Assembly (NCBI GenBank): GCA_938073925.1
Contig: CALJGH010000125.1
Span: 1 to 39,375, forward strand
DNA: 39,375 bases
Reading direction: 5' to 3'
Origin: an uncultured Nitrospinaceae bacterium
GTDB lineage: Bacteria > Nitrospinota > Nitrospinia > Nitrospinales > VA-1
Made by a program: the position numbers and the translations under genes. This document shows positions 1 through 7,594 of this stretch, piece by piece. Numbering within the stretch: position 1 is the first letter of the stretch; each line of letters begins with the position of its first letter. The notes under the pieces were generated by a model, which was not told where the DNA came from, did no database searches, and saw only the letters and a program-made list of their open reading frames with translations.

Positions 1-12
1 GAGGTGATTAAT

Positions 13-465
13 ATGAAAACGACTTTAAATAACGCTGTAGGTCGAGCCGTTATGTTCACAATAGATGCGGGTGAAACTCACCGAATATTTGTAGTGAACC
101 AAAGTCATCCTACATTAAATAATATAAACCCTATCTTTTTAGCGAATCCAAATATGCATTTAATCCAGACTGTTGATTCAGCTCAATTTGGACAAGTAAG
201 AGCAACGACAGTGAGCGAACGTCCAGGTCTGCCTGCAGGTTCTAGGTCGGTTAGAGTTGGAGACACTTACAAGTTTGATAGTTTATCGCAGCTTTCAATG
301 TGGGGTACTATCTATATGGAGTCGACCGGCAGAGGATTTTCTATGGAGTTTATTGGGGATATGCACGATTCAACATTAGGAGGTGCTGCAAATTCAAATT
401 CTACTTTAGGCGAGAATTTCCGTTCTGGCCAAGAACTGCCTAGGCCAGCACGTGGTCTTAACTAA
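13..465 (+). CDS. hypothetical protein (no recognisable family)
   Basis: The open frame is 4..465. The ATG at 13 lies 5 nt after GAGGTGA (1-7), so I prefer it to the GTG at 4. I recognise no catalytic or structural motif; the tail is Asn/Ser/Gly-rich. It may be the last gene of an operon that starts upstream of the window. Confidence 0.45.
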   Translation: MKTTLNNAVGRAVMFTIDAGETHRIFVVNQSHPTLNNINPIFLANPNMHLIQTVDSAQFGQVRATTVSERPGLPAGSRSVRVGDTYKFDSLSQLSMWGTIYMESTGRGFSMEFIGDMHDSTLGGAANSNSTLGENFRSGQELPRPARGLN

Positions 466-735
466 TACCTCAATACTAGTAACTTATATACCGTGAGCAT
501 TGCCATAAGCAATCATCACTCCTCATCATGAGCTTCCCGTTCATCTATCTCCCAATTGCATTCAACAAGAGTTAATCCAGCATTCACATCAGCATGAATT
601 TCCCTTGGCATTAAACTTATCAGCATTTTATAAAATCAGTTATGATAATTTAAAATCATACCTACTCTAATTTTCTCTCTGATTTTCCCATTAATTCCTT
701 TAACATAGACAATCTTTATCATTGGAATCGTATAT

Positions 736-2124
736 ATGAGTACTAAAAAATTAGTCGTATTGGGAGGTGGGCCTGGCGGTTATGCTGCAGCCTTCCTTGC
801 CGCTGATAAGGGGATGGATGTCACCCTCATTGATGCGGGCAAAAAACCCGGCGGCGTTTGCTTGCACCGGGGGTGCATTCCTTCTAAAGCTCTGCTACAC
901 ATCGCACATCTTATAAATGAAACCAAAGAAGCAAAAGCCTGGGGTGTTGATTTTGGTGATCCCAAGATTGACCTTGATGCTGTTCGCAACTGGAAGGATC
1001 AGGTCATCGACAAAATGGCTACGGGTCTCGTCCAACTTTGCAAACAACGAAACGTGGAATTCGTTTCTGGAAAAGGGATGTTCAAAGATTCTCAAACTAT
1101 CGAAGTTGATGGTAAGTCCTTCTCCTTCGATCATTGCGTTCTCGCTACAGGATCGCGCCCTATTCAACCTTTTCAAAACAATTCACACCTCATCGATTCC
1201 ACTGACGCGCTCGATTTAGAAAGTATTCCTGAGAAACTACTGATTGTCGGTGGAGGTTATATTGGACTAGAAATGGGCAGTGTTTATGCCACACTCGGCA
1301 GTCAGGTCACCATCGTGGAAATGATGGATGGACTTTTAACCGGGGTCGATCGCGATCTTGTAAGGCCTTTACAACACAGAATCAAAAACCAGTTTAAAGC
1401 TATTCTTTTAAATACTAGAGTTACCGAGATCAAGCAGGCAGAATCGAAGACTCATGTAACACTTGAAAATGAATCCGGAACGGAGAAAAAGGTTTTTAAC
1501 CGGGTACTAGTTTCGGTAGGTCGTGCACCCAACACTGATGGGCTTGGACTCGAAAACACTAAAGTCAAATTGAACGAGAAAGGTTTTGTGATTGCTGACT
1601 CTCAACAGAAAACAGATGATTCCCAAATATCCGCTATTGGAGATGTGATCGGCGGTGCCATGTTAGCGCATAAAGCAGCCCACGAGGCAAAGGTAGCAGT
1701 GGAAGTTATAGATGGAGAGAGTTCTGATTTCAACAATCGAATAATCCCTGCGGTAGTGTTCACCGATCCTGAAATTGCCTGGGCCGGATTGACGGAAACG
1801 GAAGCTCTGGCTCAAGGTAGAAAAGTTTCAATAGCCAAATTCCCTTGGGGCGCATCTGGAAGAGCACAGACACTGGGGCGCGGTGAGGGAATGACCAAAT
1901 TGATAATTGATCCTGAATCTGAGAAAATTGTCGGTGTAGGATTAACTGGCGCAGGAGCTGGTGAGTTGATTGCTGAGGGGGTTTTAGCTATCGAAACTGG
2001 GACGAAAGCTAAAGATCTGGCCCTATCAATTCATGCACATCCCACCTTATCCGAAACCCTGATGGAAGCGGCAGATGTGTTTTATGGAACTGCAACCCAT
2101 ATTCACAAAAGAAAAAGAAATTAA
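736..2124 (+). CDS. lpdA: dihydrolipoyl (lipoamide) dehydrogenase, E3 component
   Basis: 462 aa. Motifs seen: N-terminal FAD fold GGGPGGY, redox-active disulfide CLHRGCIPSK, second dinucleotide fold VGGGYIGLE, and C-terminal HAHPTLSE interface motif. No E1 or E2 genes are adjacent. Confidence 0.9.
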   Translation: MSTKKLVVLGGGPGGYAAAFLAADKGMDVTLIDAGKKPGGVCLHRGCIPSKALLHIAHLINETKEAKAWGVDFGDPKIDLDAVRNWKDQVIDKMATGLVQLCKQRNVEFVSGKGMFKDSQTIEVDGKSFSFDHCVLATGSRPIQPFQNNSHLIDSTDALDLESIPEKLLIVGGGYIGLEMGSVYATLGSQVTIVEMMDGLLTGVDRDLVRPLQHRIKNQFKAILLNTRVTEIKQAESKTHVTLENESGTEKKVFNRVLVSVGRAPNTDGLGLENTKVKLNEKGFVIADSQQKTDDSQISAIGDVIGGAMLAHKAAHEAKVAVEVIDGESSDFNNRIIPAVVFTDPEIAWAGLTETEALAQGRKVSIAKFPWGASGRAQTLGRGEGMTKLIIDPESEKIVGVGLTGAGAGELIAEGVLAIETGTKAKDLALSIHAHPTLSETLMEAADVFYGTATHIHKRKRN

Positions 2125-2529
2125 TAAGCCTATTGAATGAATAATCCTGACAACTCCAAAAAAAACCACCTCATTTCTCCAAGAGCCTCCGCGAACCACT
2201 TTACCTCCGATTTCATGCTCCGATAAAGTCGATTCCCAAAAGTTACCAGCCATATCGTAAATCCCTAAAACATTTGTTTTTTTGAAACCTATAGGGTGAG
2301 TTCCTATCGGCATTGCCTTTATGCCAGGAATAGGCATCAGAGTTTTCATTCCCCCAATAAAATGACGATGAACTTCCCGCGCGTGCCGCTTTTTTCCACT
2401 CTCCTTCCATCGGCAATAGCTTAACCGTTTTTTTTTAATAATATTTTTGCATCGTACAATGTTACTTTTTCTACGGGATGATCCTCTCCTTAAAAAAACG
2501 AAAAGACATAATTTTGACAGGAAACACAT
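2047..2529 (-). pseudogene. degraded fragment of a formylglycine-generating-enzyme (FGE/SUMF1-type) domain gene
   Basis: Residues ~35-125 of the 160-aa frame read RLSYCRW ... GIYDMAGNFWES ... VVRGGSW. This is the C-terminal half of the FGE-sulfatase fold (canonical AYCxW / GLYDMxGNVWEW / RGGSW). The N-terminal half of the domain is absent and WEW has decayed to WES. The frame contains long A/T homopolymers, and its last 78 nt overlap the 3' end of convergent lpdA. Confidence 0.45.
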
Positions 2530-2636
2530 AAAACCCGACGGCTCAGGGAGACAAAAGCGACCAAAATAGAGGCCACAAAAAAAGTTAGGCCTTATTTTAT
2601 ATAAGCTTTACAACTAATTCGTTTGCAAATCAAGTT

Positions 2637-2651
2637 TGGCACAAAACTTGC
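2637..2651 (+). promoter_or_regulatory. sigma-54 (RpoN) -24/-12 promoter
   Basis: TGGCAC-aaaac-TTGC is an exact match to the TGGCAC-N5-TTGC consensus with correct spacing. It lies in an intergenic region 65 nt upstream of the ATG at 2717. Confidence 0.5.
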
Positions 2652-2716
2652 CGTTAAGAAGAAATAAGATAAGGAAGTTATTTGGTAAATCTATTTAACA
2701 GGAAGGTCAAACTACC

Positions 2717-2866
2717 ATGGAAAAGGTAAATGTCGCTTATCCCGCTGCTGATGAATTGATCGATTCAACAGAATCGTCTAATCAAGAATCATTTATTTTA
2801 AAAAGTATTGCTGCATCCTTTGCCGGCGCATCCATTCCCGCCACCATTTTTTATTTTCTGATGTAA
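2717..2866 (+). CDS. 49-aa small protein with acidic N-terminus and hydrophobic C-terminal tail (hypothetical)
   Basis: The ATG at 2717 follows GGAAGG (2701-2706). The translation is MEKVNVAYPAADELIDSTESSNQESFILKSIAASFAGASIPATIFYFLM, ending at TAA. It is the only ORF downstream of the sigma-54 promoter and falls below the ORF-track length cut-off. Coding status is unproven. Confidence 0.3.
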   Translation: MEKVNVAYPAADELIDSTESSNQESFILKSIAASFAGASIPATIFYFLM

Positions 2867-3041
2867 ATCAGGAGATGCAGGCCACCCGAAATTAAGGATA
2901 ATCTACTTAAAAAAATACTTTTCGTGACTCGGCATTATGGGTTGCTGTGCGATTCCTTATTAACGCATCCGACCCCTTGCGTTTCTGAGCCCCCTCCTAC
3001 TCCATCCACTCTCCAATTCGGCCTCTGATCACGGTATTAAT

Positions 3042-3254
3042 TTAGAAGATTTCAATGGACTGCCCGTTTAATCTCAATTTTTGTGGAGGTATTTCTAGAG
3101 TTACCTGATCGCCATTTAGTTTCGGCAACACCATCAACACGTTACCCACACCTTTAAAATGGATCGACTCAATCTTTGTGATTTGATTTCCTAACCCTAT
3201 ACTTCGGACTTCCATGATAGGGATTGATTGCGTTATATTAATCGATCTATCCAC
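3042..3254 (-). CDS. hypothetical 70-aa protein
   Basis: ORF only. It has a GTG start at 3254 (alternative ATG at 3215), no clear Shine-Dalgarno and no recognisable motif. It is divergent from the DnaJ-like gene. Confidence 0.3.
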   Translation of the reverse strand: MDRSINITQSIPIMEVRSIGLGNQITKIESIHFKGVGNVLMVLPKLNGDQVTLEIPPQKLRLNGQSIEIF

Positions 3255-3445
3255 GCAAATATCAAATGTCTAAGCCCAGAACCTCTATGAGTCGATGGGC
3301 TATACAAAAAACGAGTAATTTTTTCACTACAGCCTGCCGATAAAAATCTAGAATATGTCTTAAGTTATTTGAACGGATGCCTTCAAAAAGTTAGAATGAA
3401 CCCACGCCAATATACTAATATCTAAAAGACTCAAAACCTCTCCCA

Positions 3446-4375
3446 ATGGCCCAACCCACAAACCGCGACTATTACAAGATTTTAGGCATCACCGCTAAAA
3501 CTCCTAAAAAAGATATTAAGAAAAAATATCGGGAACTGGCAAAGAAATACCATCCCGATACCAACCAGGGAAGTAAAGAGGCTGAAGATAAATTCAAAAT
3601 AGTTTCCGAGGCCTATGAAGTTTTAAGCAATGCATTAAAACGTAAAGAATATGACCGCCAAAGAAGCTATAAAACTCAATCGCGTGCCCAGCCATCAGGA
3701 GGCAGACCTGCCTGGGACCGAGAACCGCCTGGTGGGTTTGGTCGACGTCCCCCTCCAGGGGGTAATGAACAATATTATCAGGAACCCTTCGCAGCAGAAC
3801 CGGAACCCGTTGATCCGAACATGCCAACAAGCGGTTTCGACTTACAGTTCATAATAGATGTCCCCCTCCCCATTGTTGCTCTTGGAGGAGTCATCCCCTA
3901 CTCTTATGAAAAATATGTCAAATGTCAGGATTGTGATGGATCAGGTATGCAGGGAGATGACGAGTGCCCTGTCTGTCAAGGGAAACAACTTATAGTGCGG
4001 TCGGTTACCCTTAATGTCAAAATCCCACCGGGTGTAGCAAACCAATACACTCTGGCGATAATAAAAGAAGGTGGCGAAGGTAAAAACGGCGGCCCACCTG
4101 GGGAATTGTTTCTTAAAATCAACACATTGCCACATCCAAAATTTAAACGAATTAAAAACGACATCATCAGCGAAGTTATAATTTCAAGGAAACTTGCCGA
4201 CGAAGGTGGAACTTTAGTAGCCGAAACCTTGAACGGAAGCAAAACGATTCAAGTTGAGGAAGGAACACTGATAGGCGAAGAGTTGCTCATTCCGGGAGAA
4301 GGTGCCGCAATCAGTTGGGGGAAAAAGAGAGGTGCCCTGATCATCAAATTCAATATTGAGGAAGACGATTCATGA
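3446..4375 (+). CDS. DnaJ-class J-domain co-chaperone, reduced form with a single zinc centre
   Basis: J-domain DYYKILG ... YHPD. A Gly/Pro-rich linker follows. Only two CxxCxG motifs are present (CQDCDGSG, CPVCQGKQ), where canonical DnaJ has four. One C-terminal substrate-binding beta domain is present. 309 aa. Confidence 0.88.
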   Translation: MAQPTNRDYYKILGITAKTPKKDIKKKYRELAKKYHPDTNQGSKEAEDKFKIVSEAYEVLSNALKRKEYDRQRSYKTQSRAQPSGGRPAWDREPPGGFGRRPPPGGNEQYYQEPFAAEPEPVDPNMPTSGFDLQFIIDVPLPIVALGGVIPYSYEKYVKCQDCDGSGMQGDDECPVCQGKQLIVRSVTLNVKIPPGVANQYTLAIIKEGGEGKNGGPPGELFLKINTLPHPKFKRIKNDIISEVIISRKLADEGGTLVAETLNGSKTIQVEEGTLIGEELLIPGEGAAISWGKKRGALIIKFNIEEDDS

Positions 4376-4641
4376 CTTCGACCTTCCTCGTACTCTCTTT
4401 CGCGGCAATCGTTATATATATTTTCTGGGTTCTTTTAAACCCGCGAAAAAAAACATCACAAAAAAAAACAGCTAAAAAACAAATTAGCAAAAAAAACCGC
4501 CCCGCACTTAAAGGAAAAGAGAATAAACAACAAGCCGCCCTTTCAAGAGCATATAAAATCCGCAAAGAAAAAATCAATCAAATGAAAAAAGACCCTGAGC
4601 TAATCGGACATGTTATTCGACATTGGTTAAGAGAAAAGTGA
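4372..4641 (+). CDS. small membrane-anchored Lys-rich protein (hypothetical), translationally coupled to the DnaJ-like gene
   Basis: An ATGA start/stop overlap with the upstream gene at 4372-4375. One N-terminal TM helix (FLVLSFAAIVIYIFWVLL), then a Lys-rich stretch and the C-terminal segment KDPELIGHVIRHWLREK. Confidence 0.55.
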   Translation: MTSTFLVLSFAAIVIYIFWVLLNPRKKTSQKKTAKKQISKKNRPALKGKENKQQAALSRAYKIRKEKINQMKKDPELIGHVIRHWLREK

Positions 4642-4666
4642 ACTGCGGACTACCAACGAATAAAGT

Positions 4667-5410
4667 CTAACCTTTGCGGGCTTTAACTTCAGCGGCGTGA
4701 GCTCTGGCGCGCTTCAACATGGCAGATTTTTCTGCATCAGAAAAATCCTTTCGGGGAGTAGGTCCAGGAACAACGTTTCCTGATGATTTTTTTGGAGCTG
4801 CTGCTGGCGGAGCTTCTGAAGCTCCTTCATCAACGGCTGGAGCCGCAGTCGCTTCAGCAACAGGCGCTGAAGACTTTGCCGCGGCCTCGCCTTCTTTCCT
4901 TACAAGACGCATTGAAGACCATACATCGTTGTTTGGATAAGGGGTGTCCAATCCGATTTTCAAATCCATTCGAATTATTTTTTCATCTGAACATTCGCTG
5001 ATCCACGTATTGGATGCGCCGCCAGGTGCGAAGATAGAATCGATTGGATAATAAGTTCCATTTTTATCCATCAATTGCTTAACCCCTGTTTTGTCAAAAA
5101 GCGTTAAGGACTCTGCTTTCGTGGGAATTCTCCAATTGTTATAACCACCGAATTGATCTTTATTCTGATTAACCCAATCCACATACTCTTGGTGGTCTTG
5201 CCAAGTATAAAAAAGTTTTTTATCCAGCCATGCATCCGTTTTTTTCCATGTCAAACCGGAGTTCGGATCCGTGATGCTACCATCACCGTTATCGACAAAA
5301 GGGTCACTCACAGGTGCGGCCTTTTTAGCCGCCTCTGCCTTTTTTTTAGCTGCTAATTTAGCCTTCTCAGCGGGTGACAACTTCTGTTCATCTGTAGATG
5401 CTTCTGCCAT
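4667..5410 (-). CDS. DUF1566 (Lcl C-terminal-like) domain protein with Ala/Lys/Pro-rich termini
   Basis: The core reads GLTWKK ... YTWQDHQEYVDWVN ... GGYNNWRIPTKAESLTLFD ... MRLVR, matching the DUF1566 pattern (GLxW ... W.eA..y ... G..dWRLPt..EL). No signal peptide or lipobox is visible. Both ends are low-complexity AKP-type sequence. Confidence 0.75.
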   Translation of the reverse strand: MAEASTDEQKLSPAEKAKLAAKKKAEAAKKAAPVSDPFVDNGDGSITDPNSGLTWKKTDAWLDKKLFYTWQDHQEYVDWVNQNKDQFGGYNNWRIPTKAESLTLFDKTGVKQLMDKNGTYYPIDSIFAPGGASNTWISECSDEKIIRMDLKIGLDTPYPNNDVWSSMRLVRKEGEAAAKSSAPVAEATAAPAVDEGASEAPPAAAPKKSSGNVVPGPTPRKDFSDAEKSAMLKRARAHAAEVKARKG

Positions 5411-5416
5411 ATTTTT

Positions 5417-5692
5417 TTACCGAGCCGTCGAAGGTTCAAGCCCTTCTAATATATCGTTCAAATCTTTTCCAGAATTGGAAAGAGTTTTTAATATTTCTCC
5501 CAGCTTTGAGGCTGAAAAAACCTTCAAACGTGATTGGAAATCTGTACGGTAATCCGCAGCATTTTGGCGAACCCAATCCACCGCAATCTGCTCTTGCGCT
5601 TCAAAATTCATATCAGCACATTTTTTATCCAGCAGGTTTGTCTGGGATAACCGTATAATTTCACAAATCAAATCTTCTTTGACTTGGCTCAT
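5417..5692 (-). CDS. hypothetical 91-aa protein, co-oriented 6 nt upstream of the DUF1566 gene
   Basis: A clean ORF that ends 6 nt before the DUF1566 start codon. A TTGACA-17-TAGAGT promoter candidate lies upstream. I recognise no family. Confidence 0.5.
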   Translation of the reverse strand: MSQVKEDLICEIIRLSQTNLLDKKCADMNFEAQEQIAVDWVRQNAADYRTDFQSRLKVFSASKLGEILKTLSNSGKDLNDILEGLEPSTAR

Positions 5693-5750
5693 ACTTTAAA
5701 TTTTAACACGAAATTGTTGAAGGGCTAAGCCGAAAGCCACAAAAAAAGCC

Positions 5751-5779
5751 ACTCTATAATGGATTTTCCAGCTTGTCAA
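5751..5779 (-). promoter_or_regulatory. sigma-70-type promoter candidate for the 5692..4667 gene pair
   Basis: On the - strand: TTGACA (5779-5774), a 17-nt spacer, then TAGAGT (5756-5751). This sits ~58 nt upstream of the ATG at 5692. Confidence 0.35.
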
Positions 5780-5856
5780 CGCGATTATTTTTCCTGTCAA
5801 TAAATCTATATAAAACAAGTGATTAAGGTATTTTTTAAGGAAGAAAATTCTTCCTT

Positions 5857-6666
5857 TTAGCTGCCCTTTGCAGATCGAGGATCCAGAAACTCCCGCAATC
5901 CTTCTCCCAGAAAATTAAACGACAAAATTGTAAAAAATATAGCCAGTGAGGGAAACAAAATCAAATGCGGATAAAATTTAATCGCTGTCCATCCATCGCT
6001 GGCAAGGGTTCCCCAACTGCTGGCGGGGGGTGCAATGCCTAAACCCACAAAACTCAAGGTCGATTCCGCAAGAATCGCAACGGGTACCCGAAAACTAAGA
6101 GTCACAACAAGAATTCCTAAAATATTGGGAAAAATTTCCTTCAACATGATTCGATAATGACTCGCTCCTAACGCTCTGGCCGCCAAAATATAAGGATACT
6201 CCTTTATTCGTAAAACCTCCCCCCGCACCAACCGTGCAATGGTCACCCAACTGACTAGAGTCAAGGCAATAAAAACGCCAACAACCCCACGGCCCATCAA
6301 CACGGTGATCAAAATTATCATCAAAAGATCGGGTAAAGCAAAAACCACATCGACCACTCGCATCATCAGGTTATCCATTCGACCACCAACATAAGCAGAA
6401 AGGGTTCCATATATCGTGCCAATGAATAAAGCAAGCACTGTGGAGAAAACCCCGACGAACAAAGAAACCCGGGCACCATAAATCATACGCGATAGAAGGT
6501 CTCGACCCAATCGATCCGTTCCCAGCCAATGTTCTGCCCCAGGAAAAGCAAGAATATTTAACGTGTCCTGCTCTTGATAAGAATACGGCGCTATCCAAGG
6601 TGCCAATACCGCGGTTAACAAAAGAATAAAAAGAAAGCCGCTGCTAATTTTAGTAGATGTGTTCAT
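5857..6666 (-). CDS. ABC transporter permease, OppC/DppC family (peptide/nickel type)
   Basis: 269 aa and polytopic. It has the N-terminal OppC-type segment and the EAA-loop region ARALGASHYRIMLKEIFPN. It starts 4 nt downstream of the OppB-like gene. Confidence 0.9.
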   Translation of the reverse strand: MNTSTKISSGFLFILLLTAVLAPWIAPYSYQEQDTLNILAFPGAEHWLGTDRLGRDLLSRMIYGARVSLFVGVFSTVLALFIGTIYGTLSAYVGGRMDNLMMRVVDVVFALPDLLMIILITVLMGRGVVGVFIALTLVSWVTIARLVRGEVLRIKEYPYILAARALGASHYRIMLKEIFPNILGILVVTLSFRVPVAILAESTLSFVGLGIAPPASSWGTLASDGWTAIKFYPHLILFPSLAIFFTILSFNFLGEGLREFLDPRSAKGS

Positions 6667-6670
6667 TACC

Positions 6671-7594
6671 CTATTTCACCGATACTCTGGGGTCCAGCCA
6701 TCCATAAATCATATCAACCACAATATTGGCGATAACGATCAATACCGCATAGACCAACGTCACCCCCATGATCAAGGGATAATCACGATTGGTCACAGCA
6801 GTGATGAAAAACCGCCCCATACCGGGAATAGAAAAAATAAACTCGATCACAAAAGATCCGGTGATCAATCCCGCTGTTAAAGGTCCCATCACCGAAACGA
6901 TCGGATACATTGAGTTTTTCAAAACATGCCGAAGCAAGATAGAAAATTCAGACAGTCCTTTAGCACGGGCGGTACGAATATAATCAGAGCCCAGCACATC
7001 AAGAACAGTGGTGCGCGTCAACCGGGCGATATAACCCGCAAACCCAGCACCTAATGCAAATGCGGGGAGGATCATATACCGCGGCCCCTCCCACAATGCA
7101 GGCGGCAACAAATGCCATTGATGAGAAAATATCCAGACGGATACCGCTCCCAACACAAAACTGGGAACAGAAATTCCCATAGCCGCGAATAACAATATTG
7201 ATCTGTCCAGCAAAGAGTTTTTCCAATAAGCAGAGATCACCCCGGCAGGCACTCCTAGACCCAGAACAATTAAAACCGCACACATACCCAATGTAAAAGA
7301 AACCGGAAAAGTGTCGCGTAAGATATCAGAAACATCGCGACCAATATATTTGTAGGAGGGACCCAAGTCACCTTGTAATAACTGCTTCATATAAAGCAGG
7401 TATTGTATTTCTATAGGTTCATCGAGGTGATACTTGGCTTCGATATTGGCAATGATTTCTGGAGGAAGAATTTTATCGCTATCAAACGGCCCTCCAGGCA
7501 CAAGATGCATGATGAGAAAGGTCAGCGTAGCAACAGTAATCAGAACCGGTATCCCTAACAACACCCGCCTGAGAAAAAATCGTAACATAAACAT
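6671..7594 (-). CDS. ABC transporter permease, OppB/DppB family (peptide/nickel type)
   Basis: 307 aa. The N-terminus MLRFFLRRVLLGIPVL, the QLLQGDLGPSY motif and the EAA loop DYIRTARAKGLSE are all typical of OppB/DppB. Confidence 0.9.
   Translation of the reverse strand: MFMLRFFLRRVLLGIPVLITVATLTFLIMHLVPGGPFDSDKILPPEIIANIEAKYHLDEPIEIQYLLYMKQLLQGDLGPSYKYIGRDVSDILRDTFPVSFTLGMCAVLIVLGLGVPAGVISAYWKNSLLDRSILLFAAMGISVPSFVLGAVSVWIFSHQWHLLPPALWEGPRYMILPAFALGAGFAGYIARLTRTTVLDVLGSDYIRTARAKGLSEFSILLRHVLKNSMYPIVSVMGPLTAGLITGSFVIEFIFSIPGMGRFFITAVTNRDYPLIMGVTLVYAVLIVIANIVVDMIYGWLDPRVSVK

Noticed and set aside
516-626. A 36-codon - strand ORF (MLISLMPREIHADVNAGLTLVECNWEIDEREAHDEE) in the spacer upstream of lpdA.
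   Set aside because: It has no Shine-Dalgarno and no motif I can name, and it is too short to separate from chance. It is recorded only as a candidate for a tblastn check.
3381-3408. A sigma-32-like heat-shock promoter upstream of the DnaJ-like gene (CTTCAAA-13 nt-CCCACGCC).
   Set aside because: The -35 is 6/7, but the -10 departs from CCCCATnT at the positions that matter. A nearby TATACT lacks a matching -35. The evidence is too weak to call.
5838-5857. The hairpin AAGGAAG-n6-CTTCCTT abutting the oppC-like stop codon.
   Set aside because: In the - strand (sense) orientation it is followed by an A-run rather than a U-run, and the stem is AT-rich. It is not a convincing intrinsic terminator.
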